From: Anaerolineales bacterium UBA2200
GTDB lineage: Bacteria; Chloroflexota; Anaerolineae; UBA2200
Direction: 5' to 3'
Assembly: GCA_002327925.1 (NCBI GenBank)
Contig: DCVA01000043.1
Coordinates: forward strand, 5,948-69,947
DNA length: 64,000 bases
The stretch's first letter is position 1; each line of letters opens with the position of its first letter. Positions 8,413-17,156 of this stretch are shown piece after piece. The notes beneath the pieces were generated by a model. The model ran no database searches. It was given only the letters and a program-made list of their open reading frames with translations, and was not told the origin of the DNA. A program made the translations under genes and the position numbers.

Positions 8413-9296
8413 GAGCCGGGTCGCAGGATTGAGTCCACTGCGGCGCCAGATCCCAGACGAACTTGTACGTTGCACTCCCGCCGAGCGGCAGTTCGTCGCT
8501 GCCCTTCAGCGCGCCACCCACCTGGACAAGGCATGATTTGTCTCTGTACAGGGTGAGTTGATTCAGGCCTAGCCACGGTAGAGTTTGCCGTGGCGATGGA
8601 AAGCTGCCCTGAGGGCAGGCGATGTTAACGCTCAGCGTTCGACCGACGGTGTTTGTGTCCACATAGGCCCGCTTGGATGGGCCATCGGTCGCCCCGGTCA
8701 GGATCGCCAACCCGCCCGAAGTATTGCCGGAGCTCAGCGTGGCACTGTCCGTTGCGTGACCCACACAGCCAATGTTGGTATTAATCACGTCGTACACGCG
8801 CTGCCACAGACCGTCCACGACCTTGAATCCTATCGCCGGGTAGGGGATCTCCGGGTGCGCCTGCTGCCGTTCCAAAACTACATTGGACACCTGCTGCACA
8901 TCGGTGAATGCTCCGATACTCTGGCCTGTGAACTCGAAGGATGCGGAGCCAGCATAGCGCCAGCAGCCCAGGTCGGATGCCTCGAGGGCGGGAGTGGTCC
9001 CCGGCGCGTTCACAGAATCACTAATGAGGTATTTACTGTAGCTGTAGAGGATCACCAGCTCCTCGAGTCGCTCCGCTTTGGCGTCGCGGCGAAAAGACAC
9101 GTAGGGCTTGCTTGTCCAGTGCTCCAGGACCCAGTCGGTCTGCCCTTCGACCTTGTACATCCAGTGGAAGCCAGGGCTTCACTCGGCCAGAAACGGGCCC
9201 GTCACGACCAACGAGCGGTATTGAGTAAGACAGTGCTGCAAGGATCAGGGTCAGGACGAGTCGCGCGGTGAGGTGGCGTAAGTGCCAGGACATCAT
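8393..9296 (-). pseudogene. Exported hypothetical protein, apparently split by a 1-nt frameshift at the GGG run 9174-9176
   Basis: A signal-peptide ORF (MMSWHLRHLTARLVLTLILAALSYS) and the 255-aa body are in different frames. Removing one C of CCC gives a continuous VKPGFHWMYKVEG. Confidence 0.5.
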
Positions 9297-9395
9297 GCGC
9301 CCTTGTGTCGGACTGAAGGGCGGTTCCTCCCCGGCGGATTCGCTTGTGCGTATCGGGTCGGCCCGGATGGCGGCAGCGCCGTGCTCCGCGAGCGG

Positions 9396-9893
9396 TTAAC
9401 CGCAGGTACCCCGTGTTTCTCTGGCCCTGCGCCGGCGTACCCGCTCTTCCTGCCGCTGCTTGCCTTCCACCATCCTTCGCTGCTCATCGGCCGTTTCGGC
9501 CAGCAGGGGCGGCACCTCCGCCGCTTCGCCGTTTTCGTCCTTGGCAACGTACACCAGATAGGCGGAGTTGGTGTGCGTGATCTCCCCTGTCAGCACGTCC
9601 TCGGCCTCCACCCGGACTCCGACCTCCATAGAGGTGCGCCCGACGTAGTTGAGCGAGGCCTTGACAGTGAGCAGGTTGCCGACAAAGATAGGGGAGTGGA
9701 AGGACATGGAGTCGATGGCCACGGTCACGACCGGCCGCCCGGCGTGACGGGAGGCGCAGATGCCACCCACCTCGTCCACGAGCCGCATGACCATTCCACC
9801 GTGGATGTTGCCGACCGGGTTCGCGTCGGCAAGGTGCATAAGCTGGCTGATCGTGGTCTGAGAATCGCGAATGTGTCTGGGCGCCAGGGTCAC
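9396..9893 (-). CDS. Acyl-CoA thioesterase (hotdog fold, YciA family)
   Basis: DANPVGNIHGG, VVTVAIDSMSF..PI.VG, GRTSMEVGVRVEAE and SAYLVYVA. GGAGG precedes GTG 9893. Confidence 0.92.
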   Translation of the reverse strand: MTLAPRHIRDSQTTISQLMHLADANPVGNIHGGMVMRLVDEVGGICASRHAGRPVVTVAIDSMSFHSPIFVGNLLTVKASLNYVGRTSMEVGVRVEAEDVLTGEITHTNSAYLVYVAKDENGEAAEVPPLLAETADEQRRMVEGKQRQEERVRRRRARETRGTCG

Positions 9894-10007
9894 CTCAGCC
9901 TCCAGCGTACAAGTTGGTGCGATTCTACTCCCGCTCCCAATGGAGTGCAAAGTGGTGGGGTTTTGAACCGGACTCCGCGGCCCTCCGTAGTAGAACTATG
10001 CCGCAGC

Positions 10008-10036
10008 TTTACCAGCTGCATCGAAGGGGCTACAAT
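10008..10036 (+). promoter_or_regulatory. Sigma70-type promoter TTTACC-17-TACAAT for moxR
   Basis: Hexamers with 17-nt spacing upstream of SD GGAGG and ATG 10084. Confidence 0.55.
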
Positions 10037-10083
10037 CTCTGCTGAGCTAGGGCCAGAGGTCGATCTTTTGCTCGGAGGAATGA

Positions 10084-11046
10084 ATGGCAGACGCGCGAGC
10101 TATCGCCAACCAGGTCATCGAGAACGTTGAGAAAGTCATCATCGGCAAACGCGATGTGATCGAGCACACAGTCATTTGCCTGTTGTGCCAGGGGCATCTC
10201 CTGATTGAAGACGTGCCAGGCGTGGGCAAGACCATGCTTGCCAAGTCTCTGGCGCGTTCGGTGGGTTGCACCTTCAAGCGTATCCAGTTCACCCCGGACC
10301 TTCTGCCCAGCGATGTGACCGGTGTGTCCGTGTTCAACGAAAAGACACGCGAGTTCGAGTACCGTGCGGGTCCCATCCTGTCGCAGATCGTCCTGACTGA
10401 CGAGATCAACCGGGCAACGCCCAAGACGCAATCCGCGCTTCTTGAGGCGATGGAGGAGCGGCAGGTGACCGTGGACGGAGTCTCCTATGCGACGCCCACC
10501 CCCTTCCTGGTCATGGCGACGCAGAACCCGATCGAATACGAGGGCACTTTTCCGCTGCCGGAGGCCCAGCTTGACCGCTTTATGATGCGCGTGCACCTGG
10601 GCCACCCAGAGCCAGCCGATGAAATCAAGATCCTTGAAGCTCAGCAGTACCAGCACCCGATCGAGGACATCGGTCAGGTGATCACTGCAGAGGAGCTGAA
10701 AGCGGCACAGGACGAGGTGAAGAAGGTCTACGTCGATCCACTCGTCAAGGAGTACATCGTGGACCTGGTCAACGCCAGCCGCAGGCATCCGGATGTCTAT
10801 CTTGGGGCAAGCCCTCGTGGGTCTCTGGCGCTTTTCAAGACGGCTCAGGCCAGAGCGCTGCTACAGGGCCGCGATTATGCGACGCCGGATGACGTGAAGG
10901 CGCTGGCTCAGGAGACCCTGGCCCATCGTCTGATCATCGGCCCTGCTGCTCGGATCAAGGATGTCGACCAGCGCGCGGTCCTCGACGAGCTGCTGCGGTC
11001 TGTGCCTGTTCCCGGTACACGAGTTCGGGCGGGGCGCGCATCGTGA
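10084..11046 (+). CDS. moxR: MoxR family AAA+ ATPase
   Basis: Walker [59 protein letters not shown] and GASPR. Confidence 0.96.
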   Translation: MADARAIANQVIENVEKVIIGKRDVIEHTVICLLCQGHLLIEDVPGVGKTMLAKSLARSVGCTFKRIQFTPDLLPSDVTGVSVFNEKTREFEYRAGPILSQIVLTDEINRATPKTQSALLEAMEERQVTVDGVSYATPTPFLVMATQNPIEYEGTFPLPEAQLDRFMMRVHLGHPEPADEIKILEAQQYQHPIEDIGQVITAEELKAAQDEVKKVYVDPLVKEYIVDLVNASRRHPDVYLGASPRGSLALFKTAQARALLQGRDYATPDDVKALAQETLAHRLIIGPAARIKDVDQRAVLDELLRSVPVPGTRVRAGRAS

Positions 11047-12305
11047 AACGGGGCTGGCTGGTCGTTCTGGCCCTTCTGGCCGTGTCCTTTGTCGAGGCCA
11101 TGGCCACAGGTCGTGCCCTGTGGTTCAATCTGCTGTACCTGTTCACGGCGGTGCTGCTCGTCTCCTATGTCTGGGCCTGGTCCAACGTGAGCGGTTTGCA
11201 GCTGGTGCGACAGACACGCAGCCAGCGCAGCCAGGTGGGGGAGATCGTCGAGGAACGCTTCCTTGTGCGCAATCGTGGCCTGCTGCCCAAGCTGTGGGTG
11301 GAGGTTCGCGACCATTCCGATCTGCCGGAACACCATGCCTCCCGGGTCGTGAACTCGCTTGGCGGGCACCGATCGCGGGGCTGGGCCGTGAGCACCGTGT
11401 GTCGGCGCCGGGGTCGCTTCACTCTTGGGCCGGTCACCCTCACCAGCAGCGACCCTTTCGGCCTCTTTGAGAAGCGCAGAACGATCAGTGCCACCTCATC
11501 GATGGTGGTCTATCCCTTCACCGTGGAGCTCGAGCACTTTCGGCTGCCCAGCGGCGAGCTTCCGGGCGGAGGCGCGATGGGCCGTCGTACCCACTATGTG
11601 ACTACGAACGTGAGTGGCATTCGAGACTACTTTCCAGGAGACAGCTTTAACCGGATCCATTGGCCCTCCACCGCTCGGACCGGCCGGCTCATCGTAAAGG
11701 AGTTCGAGCTGGATCCGACCGCTGATGTGTACCTATTCCTGGACATGCAGGGGTCGGTGCAGGCGGACCGCCTCTGGGAGCCGCCGGCGGATGGTGTGCA
11801 GCCGCTGTGGCCTACACGCCCCCGCCTGGCACCATCGACGGAGGAGTACGGTGTGGCCATTGCGGCTTCGCTGGCGAGGCATTTCCTGGCGCACAACCGG
11901 GCGGTGGGATTCGTTTCCTACGGTCAGGGGAGAGAGGCCACACAGGCCGATCGTGGCGAACGGCAGTTGACCAAGCTGATGGAGACTCTGGCGGTGATCC
12001 GCGCCCTCGGCAAGGTTCCCATGGCACAGGTGCTCGCGGCAGAGGGCAAGGCTCTCGGACGCAACACGTCGGTAGTGGTGATCACTCCGTCGGATGACAT
12101 CAAGTGGGTCGACAGACTGCGCGACCTCAGGCGCCGAGGGATCCGCGGTCTCGGCATCGTACTCGACCCGGTCAGCTTTGGCCGTCCGGCAAACGTGGAT
12201 GGATTGTTAGCCGCTCTGCGGCAGAACGGTATACGCTCGTATCGGGTGCGGGAAGGCGATGCTCTGGCCGCAGCGCTTACGTCTCCGCCCGGCGACTGGG
12301 TTTGA
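11043..12305 (+). CDS. DUF58 domain-containing membrane protein (MoxR partner)
   Basis: N-terminal TM pair, RRGRFTLGP...[35 protein letters not shown]. Overlaps the moxR stop. Confidence 0.92.
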   Translation: MKRGWLVVLALLAVSFVEAMATGRALWFNLLYLFTAVLLVSYVWAWSNVSGLQLVRQTRSQRSQVGEIVEERFLVRNRGLLPKLWVEVRDHSDLPEHHASRVVNSLGGHRSRGWAVSTVCRRRGRFTLGPVTLTSSDPFGLFEKRRTISATSSMVVYPFTVELEHFRLPSGELPGGGAMGRRTHYVTTNVSGIRDYFPGDSFNRIHWPSTARTGRLIVKEFELDPTADVYLFLDMQGSVQADRLWEPPADGVQPLWPTRPRLAPSTEEYGVAIAASLARHFLAHNRAVGFVSYGQGREATQADRGERQLTKLMETLAVIRALGKVPMAQVLAAEGKALGRNTSVVVITPSDDIKWVDRLRDLRRRGIRGLGIVLDPVSFGRPANVDGLLAALRQNGIRSYRVREGDALAAALTSPPGDWV

Positions 12306-12325
12306 GTTGGGCGGTGCCGGGACGG

Positions 12326-12354
12326 TTGTACCGGTCGCACGTATGTGCTAAAAT
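12326..12354 (+). promoter_or_regulatory. Promoter TTGTAC-17-TAAAAT with extended -10; the predicted start coincides with ATG 12361 (leaderless)
   Basis: TG-n-TAAAAT ends 6 nt before the ATG and there is no SD. Confidence 0.55.
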
Positions 12355-12360
12355 GACCTC

Positions 12361-14007
12361 ATGCCAGAACTGAGTTCCGTACTGCAGCGCCTCGGAGTGC
12401 AAATCGGGACAAAGCGAATCTACTCCGCTGGCGGTGCAAGGCATGGACCGGGCGATACCGATCCGCGCCATAGCAGCGCGCCGGAGTGGATCTCCAGTCC
12501 GCCGCACCGGGTCCCCATCGAATCCGTGGTTCCGGGCGAGGTCGTCTCCACGCCGGTCGGGCCATGCTTCGTTTCCGAGTCTCGCTTCCCGCTCGACCAC
12601 ATTCATGCCGGACAACCGTTGTCTGTGCTGCAAGCTGGGGAGCATGCCTCTCGCCACCTGGTGCAGCTGTCCGGGGACGAGCGTCTGGGTGATCTCGACC
12701 TGCGCTCAGCCATCTTTTTCGATATTGAAACCACGGGACTGGGCATCGGCGCGGGCATGTATGCCTTCCTGGTGGGCTTTGGCACGTTTGAGGACGGCGA
12801 GTTCTGCCTGCGGCAGTACTTTATGCGCGACTATGGCGAGGAAGAGGCGTTGCTCTACTTGCTCGACGCGCAGATGCGCCGATTCGACGGCTGGGTCAGT
12901 TTCAACGGAAGGTGTTTCGATCTGCCCGTGCTGCAATCCCGTTTTGTTTGCGGACGCCGGGAGATGCCCCTGGCTCAGGCGCCGCATCTGGATCTGCTGT
13001 ATCCGGCGAGGAAACTCTGGCGCAAGAGGCTGACCTCCTGCCGCCTTTCCTCCCTGGAAGCGGGGGTGCTCGGTGCACCCCGGCTTGACGACGTTCCAGG
13101 CTGGGCGATTCCGGATCTCTACTTCGACTACGTGCGCTACGGGCAGGTGGAGCCGCTCAAGCCGGTCTTTCATCACAATGCACTTGACATCCTCTCGCTG
13201 GTCGCTCTGACTGCGAGGGCCAATGCCCTCCTCGGACTCCCCTCGAGCGAGGAAGTGGAGCACACGGAAGATCTGTACAGTCTGGCACTGGTGTACGACT
13301 CGCTGGGCGAGACGGAAGAGGCCCGGCAGGCTTATGAAGCAGCCCTGGCCAGGGGACTGGCTTCGAACCTGCAGGTGGAGGCCCTGAGGCGGCTTTCTGC
13401 CCTGTACAAGCGCACGGGTCGGGAGAATCGTGCAGCCCACATCTGGCGTACACTGCAGAAGGCAGGCGACATCGAGGCCTACCTCCAACTGGCGATCTAC
13501 CATGAGCATCACCTGCGCGATCCTCGCGGCGCAGCGACGTTGGTCGGTCAGGCCCTGGAGATGGGCATTGAGGCGCTGCCCAAGCGCGGTGAGTGCTCAC
13601 CCGAGTCGCTCAAGCGCCGGATGCGCCGCCTGCGAAAGAAGCTGGGCGAGGAGGGTCTACCGATGCCGCACATCGATTCATACTCCTTCGGCAGGATCAG
13701 CGTTGGCGGACGCTCGTACACGGCGGATCTGCTGATCGTGCCGGGCGGGGTTCGCCCAGGGTGGCGCAGGGCCAAGAGCCATGAGCTGTGCGAAGAGGAT
13801 CTATTGGAGGCGTTGGAGTCCAAACCCGCGGTGCTGGTGGTTGGCACAGGCAACATGGGGCGGATGTCCGTTCCCGAGGCCACGCTCAGCTACCTCGCGC
13901 AACATGGGATTCGTTTCGAGGCGCTGCCCACGGCTGCCGCGTGCCAGAGATACAACGAGCTGGCGCAGAAAGAGCAGGCAGCGGCGGCGCTGCACCTGAC
14001 TTGCTGA
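12361..14007 (+). CDS. YprB/MrfB-like DEDDh exonuclease (RNase H-like) plus TPR repeats, fused in frame to a C-terminal Mth938/DUF498 domain
   Basis: FFDIETTGL, SFNGRCFDLP and HNALDILSL, then helical TPR-like repeats. From M435 (13663): IDSYSFGRI.VGG..Y..DL, VLVVGTG..G.M and T..AC..YN.L..AALHLTC. Confidence 0.88.
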   Translation: MPELSSVLQRLGVQIGTKRIYSAGGARHGPGDTDPRHSSAPEWISSPPHRVPIESVVPGEVVSTPVGPCFVSESRFPLDHIHAGQPLSVLQAGEHASRHLVQLSGDERLGDLDLRSAIFFDIETTGLGIGAGMYAFLVGFGTFEDGEFCLRQYFMRDYGEEEALLYLLDAQMRRFDGWVSFNGRCFDLPVLQSRFVCGRREMPLAQAPHLDLLYPARKLWRKRLTSCRLSSLEAGVLGAPRLDDVPGWAIPDLYFDYVRYGQVEPLKPVFHHNALDILSLVALTARANALLGLPSSEEVEHTEDLYSLALVYDSLGETEEARQAYEAALARGLASNLQVEALRRLSALYKRTGRENRAAHIWRTLQKAGDIEAYLQLAIYHEHHLRDPRGAATLVGQALEMGIEALPKRGECSPESLKRRMRRLRKKLGEEGLPMPHIDSYSFGRISVGGRSYTADLLIVPGGVRPGWRRAKSHELCEEDLLEALESKPAVLVVGTGNMGRMSVPEATLSYLAQHGIRFEALPTAAACQRYNELAQKEQAAAALHLTC

Positions 14008-14082
14008 CGATGAAGCCGCGCGGGATCAAGTCCGCTCTGTCTCCCTCAGTCTCGCATTCTGAGGCACAGACCCGGCGAGCGG

Positions 14083-15405
14083 TTACTGCTTCATGCGCTC
14101 CATGTACTCCTGGATGACGGGGAGCGCAGTGAGCTTTTCGTAGAAAAAGTTGTTCACCAGGTTGATGACCTCGGCGCGGGCCGCTTCCCCCTCTGGCACC
14201 AGTGCCTCACCACTGCGCTGTTTGGTCAGGCTCTCACGCAGCCGCAGGAGGTAGCGCACGATTTCCTCTTCCTTCGGTCCCTCGAGGGTCTTGATGACTT
14301 CCAGTATCAGGTCGTCTGTCTGGTTGAGAACATAATCCATCGGGATGCTCGAGCCAGGGTGAGTGGCGTCGTCCACCGTGCGGATCAGCGACCACACCTG
14401 ATAGAGAACGGTGGTGGGTTCATCGAAAAGCTCGCGCAGGAAGGCTGCCTCAGGATAGCGACCGGTCAGGCGGAAGATGTTGTACATACGCTTGGCCACT
14501 TTGCCATAGTTGATGTCTTTGGTCAGGTACTTTTTGATTTCACGCTCGAGCGCCTTTACGTAATCGTCCATCGCATCGGCGGACACCTGCTTGGAGAGCT
14601 TGGCGAAGATGGGTACGGATGTAGCATCCAGGTACACCTCCTGGAAGTACGGGTCCAGATAGCCATCCAGGGGAGTGATCTTGCCGTCGGGAGCTTCCCA
14701 GGTGACGTCCAGCATATTGCTCGCGTTGGCCAGGTGCCGTCGGGCGGGGTCGGCAATGACCCAGTCGAGCTTGCACCAGCCTGGTTCCCTGGAGGCGTCC
14801 TCCCACGTGACTCTGGCCGCCGTGCCGTCCGGATGAAAACCGTCCAGATAACCCTTCTCGAGATCGGCGGCGGACCAGGCGATGGGCGAGCCAGCTTTGA
14901 GGGTGCGCCCCTCTTTGACCATATCAAAGGGGTAGGAGCCGAACTTGGCTTCGATGAACTGATAGGTCGGGCCGCGCAGTTTGCTCAGGGCTTTCTGACG
15001 CATGATTCTGGCCAGAATGGCGCAGGCCTCCTCGCGGGTCGGGGCAATGATGTTGACACGCTCGAAAAAGTCGGCATCGCCGGGATAGGACTGGATCTTG
15101 GACTGGGCTGCAGAACCGGAGAGGGCCAGGGCGGTCTCGACCACCCCTGGTTCGTCGTCGAACTCGACGATGCGGCCGACTTCGCGGAAGTGAGCCAGGT
15201 CCTGCGGGCTGAAATCGAGCATGACGATAGAGCTGCCAAAGACGCCGGTGCGCTCGTCGGTGGTGATCGCATCCATGCCCTCGGCGGCAGCCATGGCGGT
15301 CAGCCACTGCATGGCTTCCGCTTCGTCCAGCTCTATGCCCAGGCGCTTGGCCGAATCAATGATCTGGGACAGGTCGTTGGTGGGGGCGGTCTTCTCAGAG
15401 CTCAT
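14083..15405 (-). CDS. Hypothetical protein with a Pol-beta-superfamily nucleotidyltransferase signature
   Basis: 440 aa with SD AGGAGG and its own promoter. Motif ALSGS-x11-DAD (G97,S98,D110,D112) and a candidate third Asp in WCKLDW (D214), followed by a helical C-terminus. Confidence 0.75.
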   Translation of the reverse strand: MSSEKTAPTNDLSQIIDSAKRLGIELDEAEAMQWLTAMAAAEGMDAITTDERTGVFGSSIVMLDFSPQDLAHFREVGRIVEFDDEPGVVETALALSGSAAQSKIQSYPGDADFFERVNIIAPTREEACAILARIMRQKALSKLRGPTYQFIEAKFGSYPFDMVKEGRTLKAGSPIAWSAADLEKGYLDGFHPDGTAARVTWEDASREPGWCKLDWVIADPARRHLANASNMLDVTWEAPDGKITPLDGYLDPYFQEVYLDATSVPIFAKLSKQVSADAMDDYVKALEREIKKYLTKDINYGKVAKRMYNIFRLTGRYPEAAFLRELFDEPTTVLYQVWSLIRTVDDATHPGSSIPMDYVLNQTDDLILEVIKTLEGPKEEEIVRYLLRLRESLTKQRSGEALVPEGEAARAEVINLVNNFFYEKLTALPVIQEYMERMKQ

Positions 15406-15453
15406 ACGGTCCTCCTAGGGAAGGAATTCGGTCTAGCCTGCAGGTGCGGAATC

Positions 15454-15482
15454 ATTATAGCGCCCCACGGCGCGCGATGCAA
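15454..15482 (-). promoter_or_regulatory. Promoter TTGCAT-17-TATAAT for the nucleotidyltransferase-like gene
   Basis: The reverse strand reads TTGCAT cgcgcgccgtggggcgc TATAAT. Confidence 0.65.
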
Positions 15483-15488
15483 TCGGGT

Positions 15489-15517
15489 TTGACACTGCTG
15501 TGGTTAGCCGATATATT
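15489..15517 (+). promoter_or_regulatory. Divergent promoter TTGACA-17-TATATT for the HAD-GNAT operon
   Basis: Consensus -35 and near-consensus -10, back to back with the minus-strand promoter. Confidence 0.65.
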
Positions 15518-15563
15518 GACGCGCGACGCGGAGCGCGAGGTGCGTCATCCGGGAAGGAGAGCG

Positions 15564-17156
15564 ATGGTTCCAGAGCATGGCGTAAAGGCGCTGATCTTTG
15601 ACGTGGGCGGTGTGCTCATCCGCACCGAGTCACAGGAGCCAAGAAGGAAGCTGGCGGAGGGACTGGGCATCACGGTCGAGGAGCTCTACGCGCTGGTATT
15701 TGCGAGCGAGGAGAGCAGGCGGGTTCAGCTCGGTCAGGCTGGCTATGATGAGGCATGGGGGGGGCTGGCGCGGCACCTTGGCCTCGATCAACAGTCTCTG
15801 GCCGCAGTTCAACGCGAGATGTTCTCGGCAGATCGACTGGATTACGAGCTGGTCGACTTTATCAGGCGGCAGCGCGGGCAGGTCAAGACGGCGCTGCTGA
15901 GCAACGCCGGAAGTGCCTTGCGCGAGACTCTGCGGTCTGAGGGAATCGAGGATTGCTTTGACGAGGTGATCATCTCGGCCGAGGTTGGCCTGATGAAGCC
16001 GGACCCGGCCATCTTCCGCATCGCGCTCGACAGGCTGGGCGTGGCCCCTGAGGAGGCAGCGTTCGTCGACGACATGCAGGAGAATGTCGAAGCCGCAACT
16101 GAGCTGGGGCTGCTGGGCATCCACTTCACCAGCCGGGCGGCGGTGCTGCAGCAGTTGCAGGCAGTTCTGCATCCGGAAGGTCCCAAGAACAACAGCGCCG
16201 ATGAGCCGGCCGTTCAGCCGGATGTTCGAGGCTATCTTGCTGTTGATCTGCCCGCGCTGGCGCGGCTGATCAATCAGGCGGACCGTTTGGACGACGCTGG
16301 CTTTGCCACGACAGAGCAGGCGTTGGCCTACCGATTGGAGGCTCCTGAAACGGAGCCGGGCAAGAACCTGTTTGTGGCCGCTGTCGACGGCAGCCTGGCC
16401 GGGTACATCCTGGTCAACAGGCGGCCAGAACCAGAGCTTGAACGCATCGGGGCGGTTGGCATCGTGCACCCGGAGTGGCGACGCCGCGGAATCGGTACGG
16501 CCCTGATGCTCAGGGCGGAACAGAGGGCGCGGGAAATGGGTTCCGGCAAGCCGCTCTTTTTGGAGATGGTGGCGCGCGGGCGCGTTTCGGGTGCTGCGGA
16601 GCTGGCAGAAGCGTGCGGCCTGAGCGCGGTCCGCTACTTCTTCTACATGCACTGCGTCGAGCTGGACAACTTGCCGGAACCATGTTTCCCGGCGGGCATC
16701 CGCGTTCGTTCCATCGATCCGGAGCGAGACGCGGCGCGCTTTCTGGAGGCGGACAACGATGCATTCTCTGACCACTGGGGCTTTGTGGCCACCACGCCCG
16801 AGGAGGTCGAGCACTGGCTGCGGTCAACATCATTCCGCGCCGACGACGCGATACTGGCCGTAGACGAGCAGGACCGCATCGCTGGTTTCTGCCTGCTGAC
16901 CTTTCCAGAGGTGGAGGTAGAGATGCAGGCCAGCAACCCACCGCTGGTCGACGACCTTGGAGTCCTCCGCGCCTATCGCAGAAAAGGAATCGGGAGAGCT
17001 TTGCTCCTCGCCGGTATGCGGCGTGTGCATTCACTGGGGTTCAGCAAGGTCGCGCTGGCGGTCGATGCCGACAACCCGAACAAGGCCCTGCGCCTGTATG
17101 AGTCGGTTGGTTTTCAGTCCGTGTCTCGCAGCGCTGTCTTTCGAAAGGCCCTGTGA
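15564..17156 (+). CDS. HAD-IA phosphatase fused to a tandem GNAT (MshD-like) acetyltransferase
   Basis: LIFDVGGVL, LLSNA, SAEVGLMKPDPAIF and FVDD..ENV, then two acetyl-CoA motifs (VHPEWRRRGIG and VLRAYRRKGIG) and N..ALRLYESVGF. Confidence 0.9.
   Translation: MVPEHGVKALIFDVGGVLIRTESQEPRRKLAEGLGITVEELYALVFASEESRRVQLGQAGYDEAWGGLARHLGLDQQSLAAVQREMFSADRLDYELVDFIRRQRGQVKTALLSNAGSALRETLRSEGIEDCFDEVIISAEVGLMKPDPAIFRIALDRLGVAPEEAAFVDDMQENVEAATELGLLGIHFTSRAAVLQQLQAVLHPEGPKNNSADEPAVQPDVRGYLAVDLPALARLINQADRLDDAGFATTEQALAYRLEAPETEPGKNLFVAAVDGSLAGYILVNRRPEPELERIGAVGIVHPEWRRRGIGTALMLRAEQRAREMGSGKPLFLEMVARGRVSGAAELAEACGLSAVRYFFYMHCVELDNLPEPCFPAGIRVRSIDPERDAARFLEADNDAFSDHWGFVATTPEEVEHWLRSTSFRADDAILAVDEQDRIAGFCLLTFPEVEVEMQASNPPLVDDLGVLRAYRRKGIGRALLLAGMRRVHSLGFSKVALAVDADNPNKALRLYESVGFQSVSRSAVFRKAL

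Noticed and set aside
14359-15492. 377-aa plus-strand ORF
   Set aside because: Antisense shadow of the NTase-like gene, which has the SD, the promoter and the catalytic motif.
15630-16814. 394-aa minus-strand ORF
   Set aside because: Antisense shadow of the HAD-GNAT gene, as expected at high GC.
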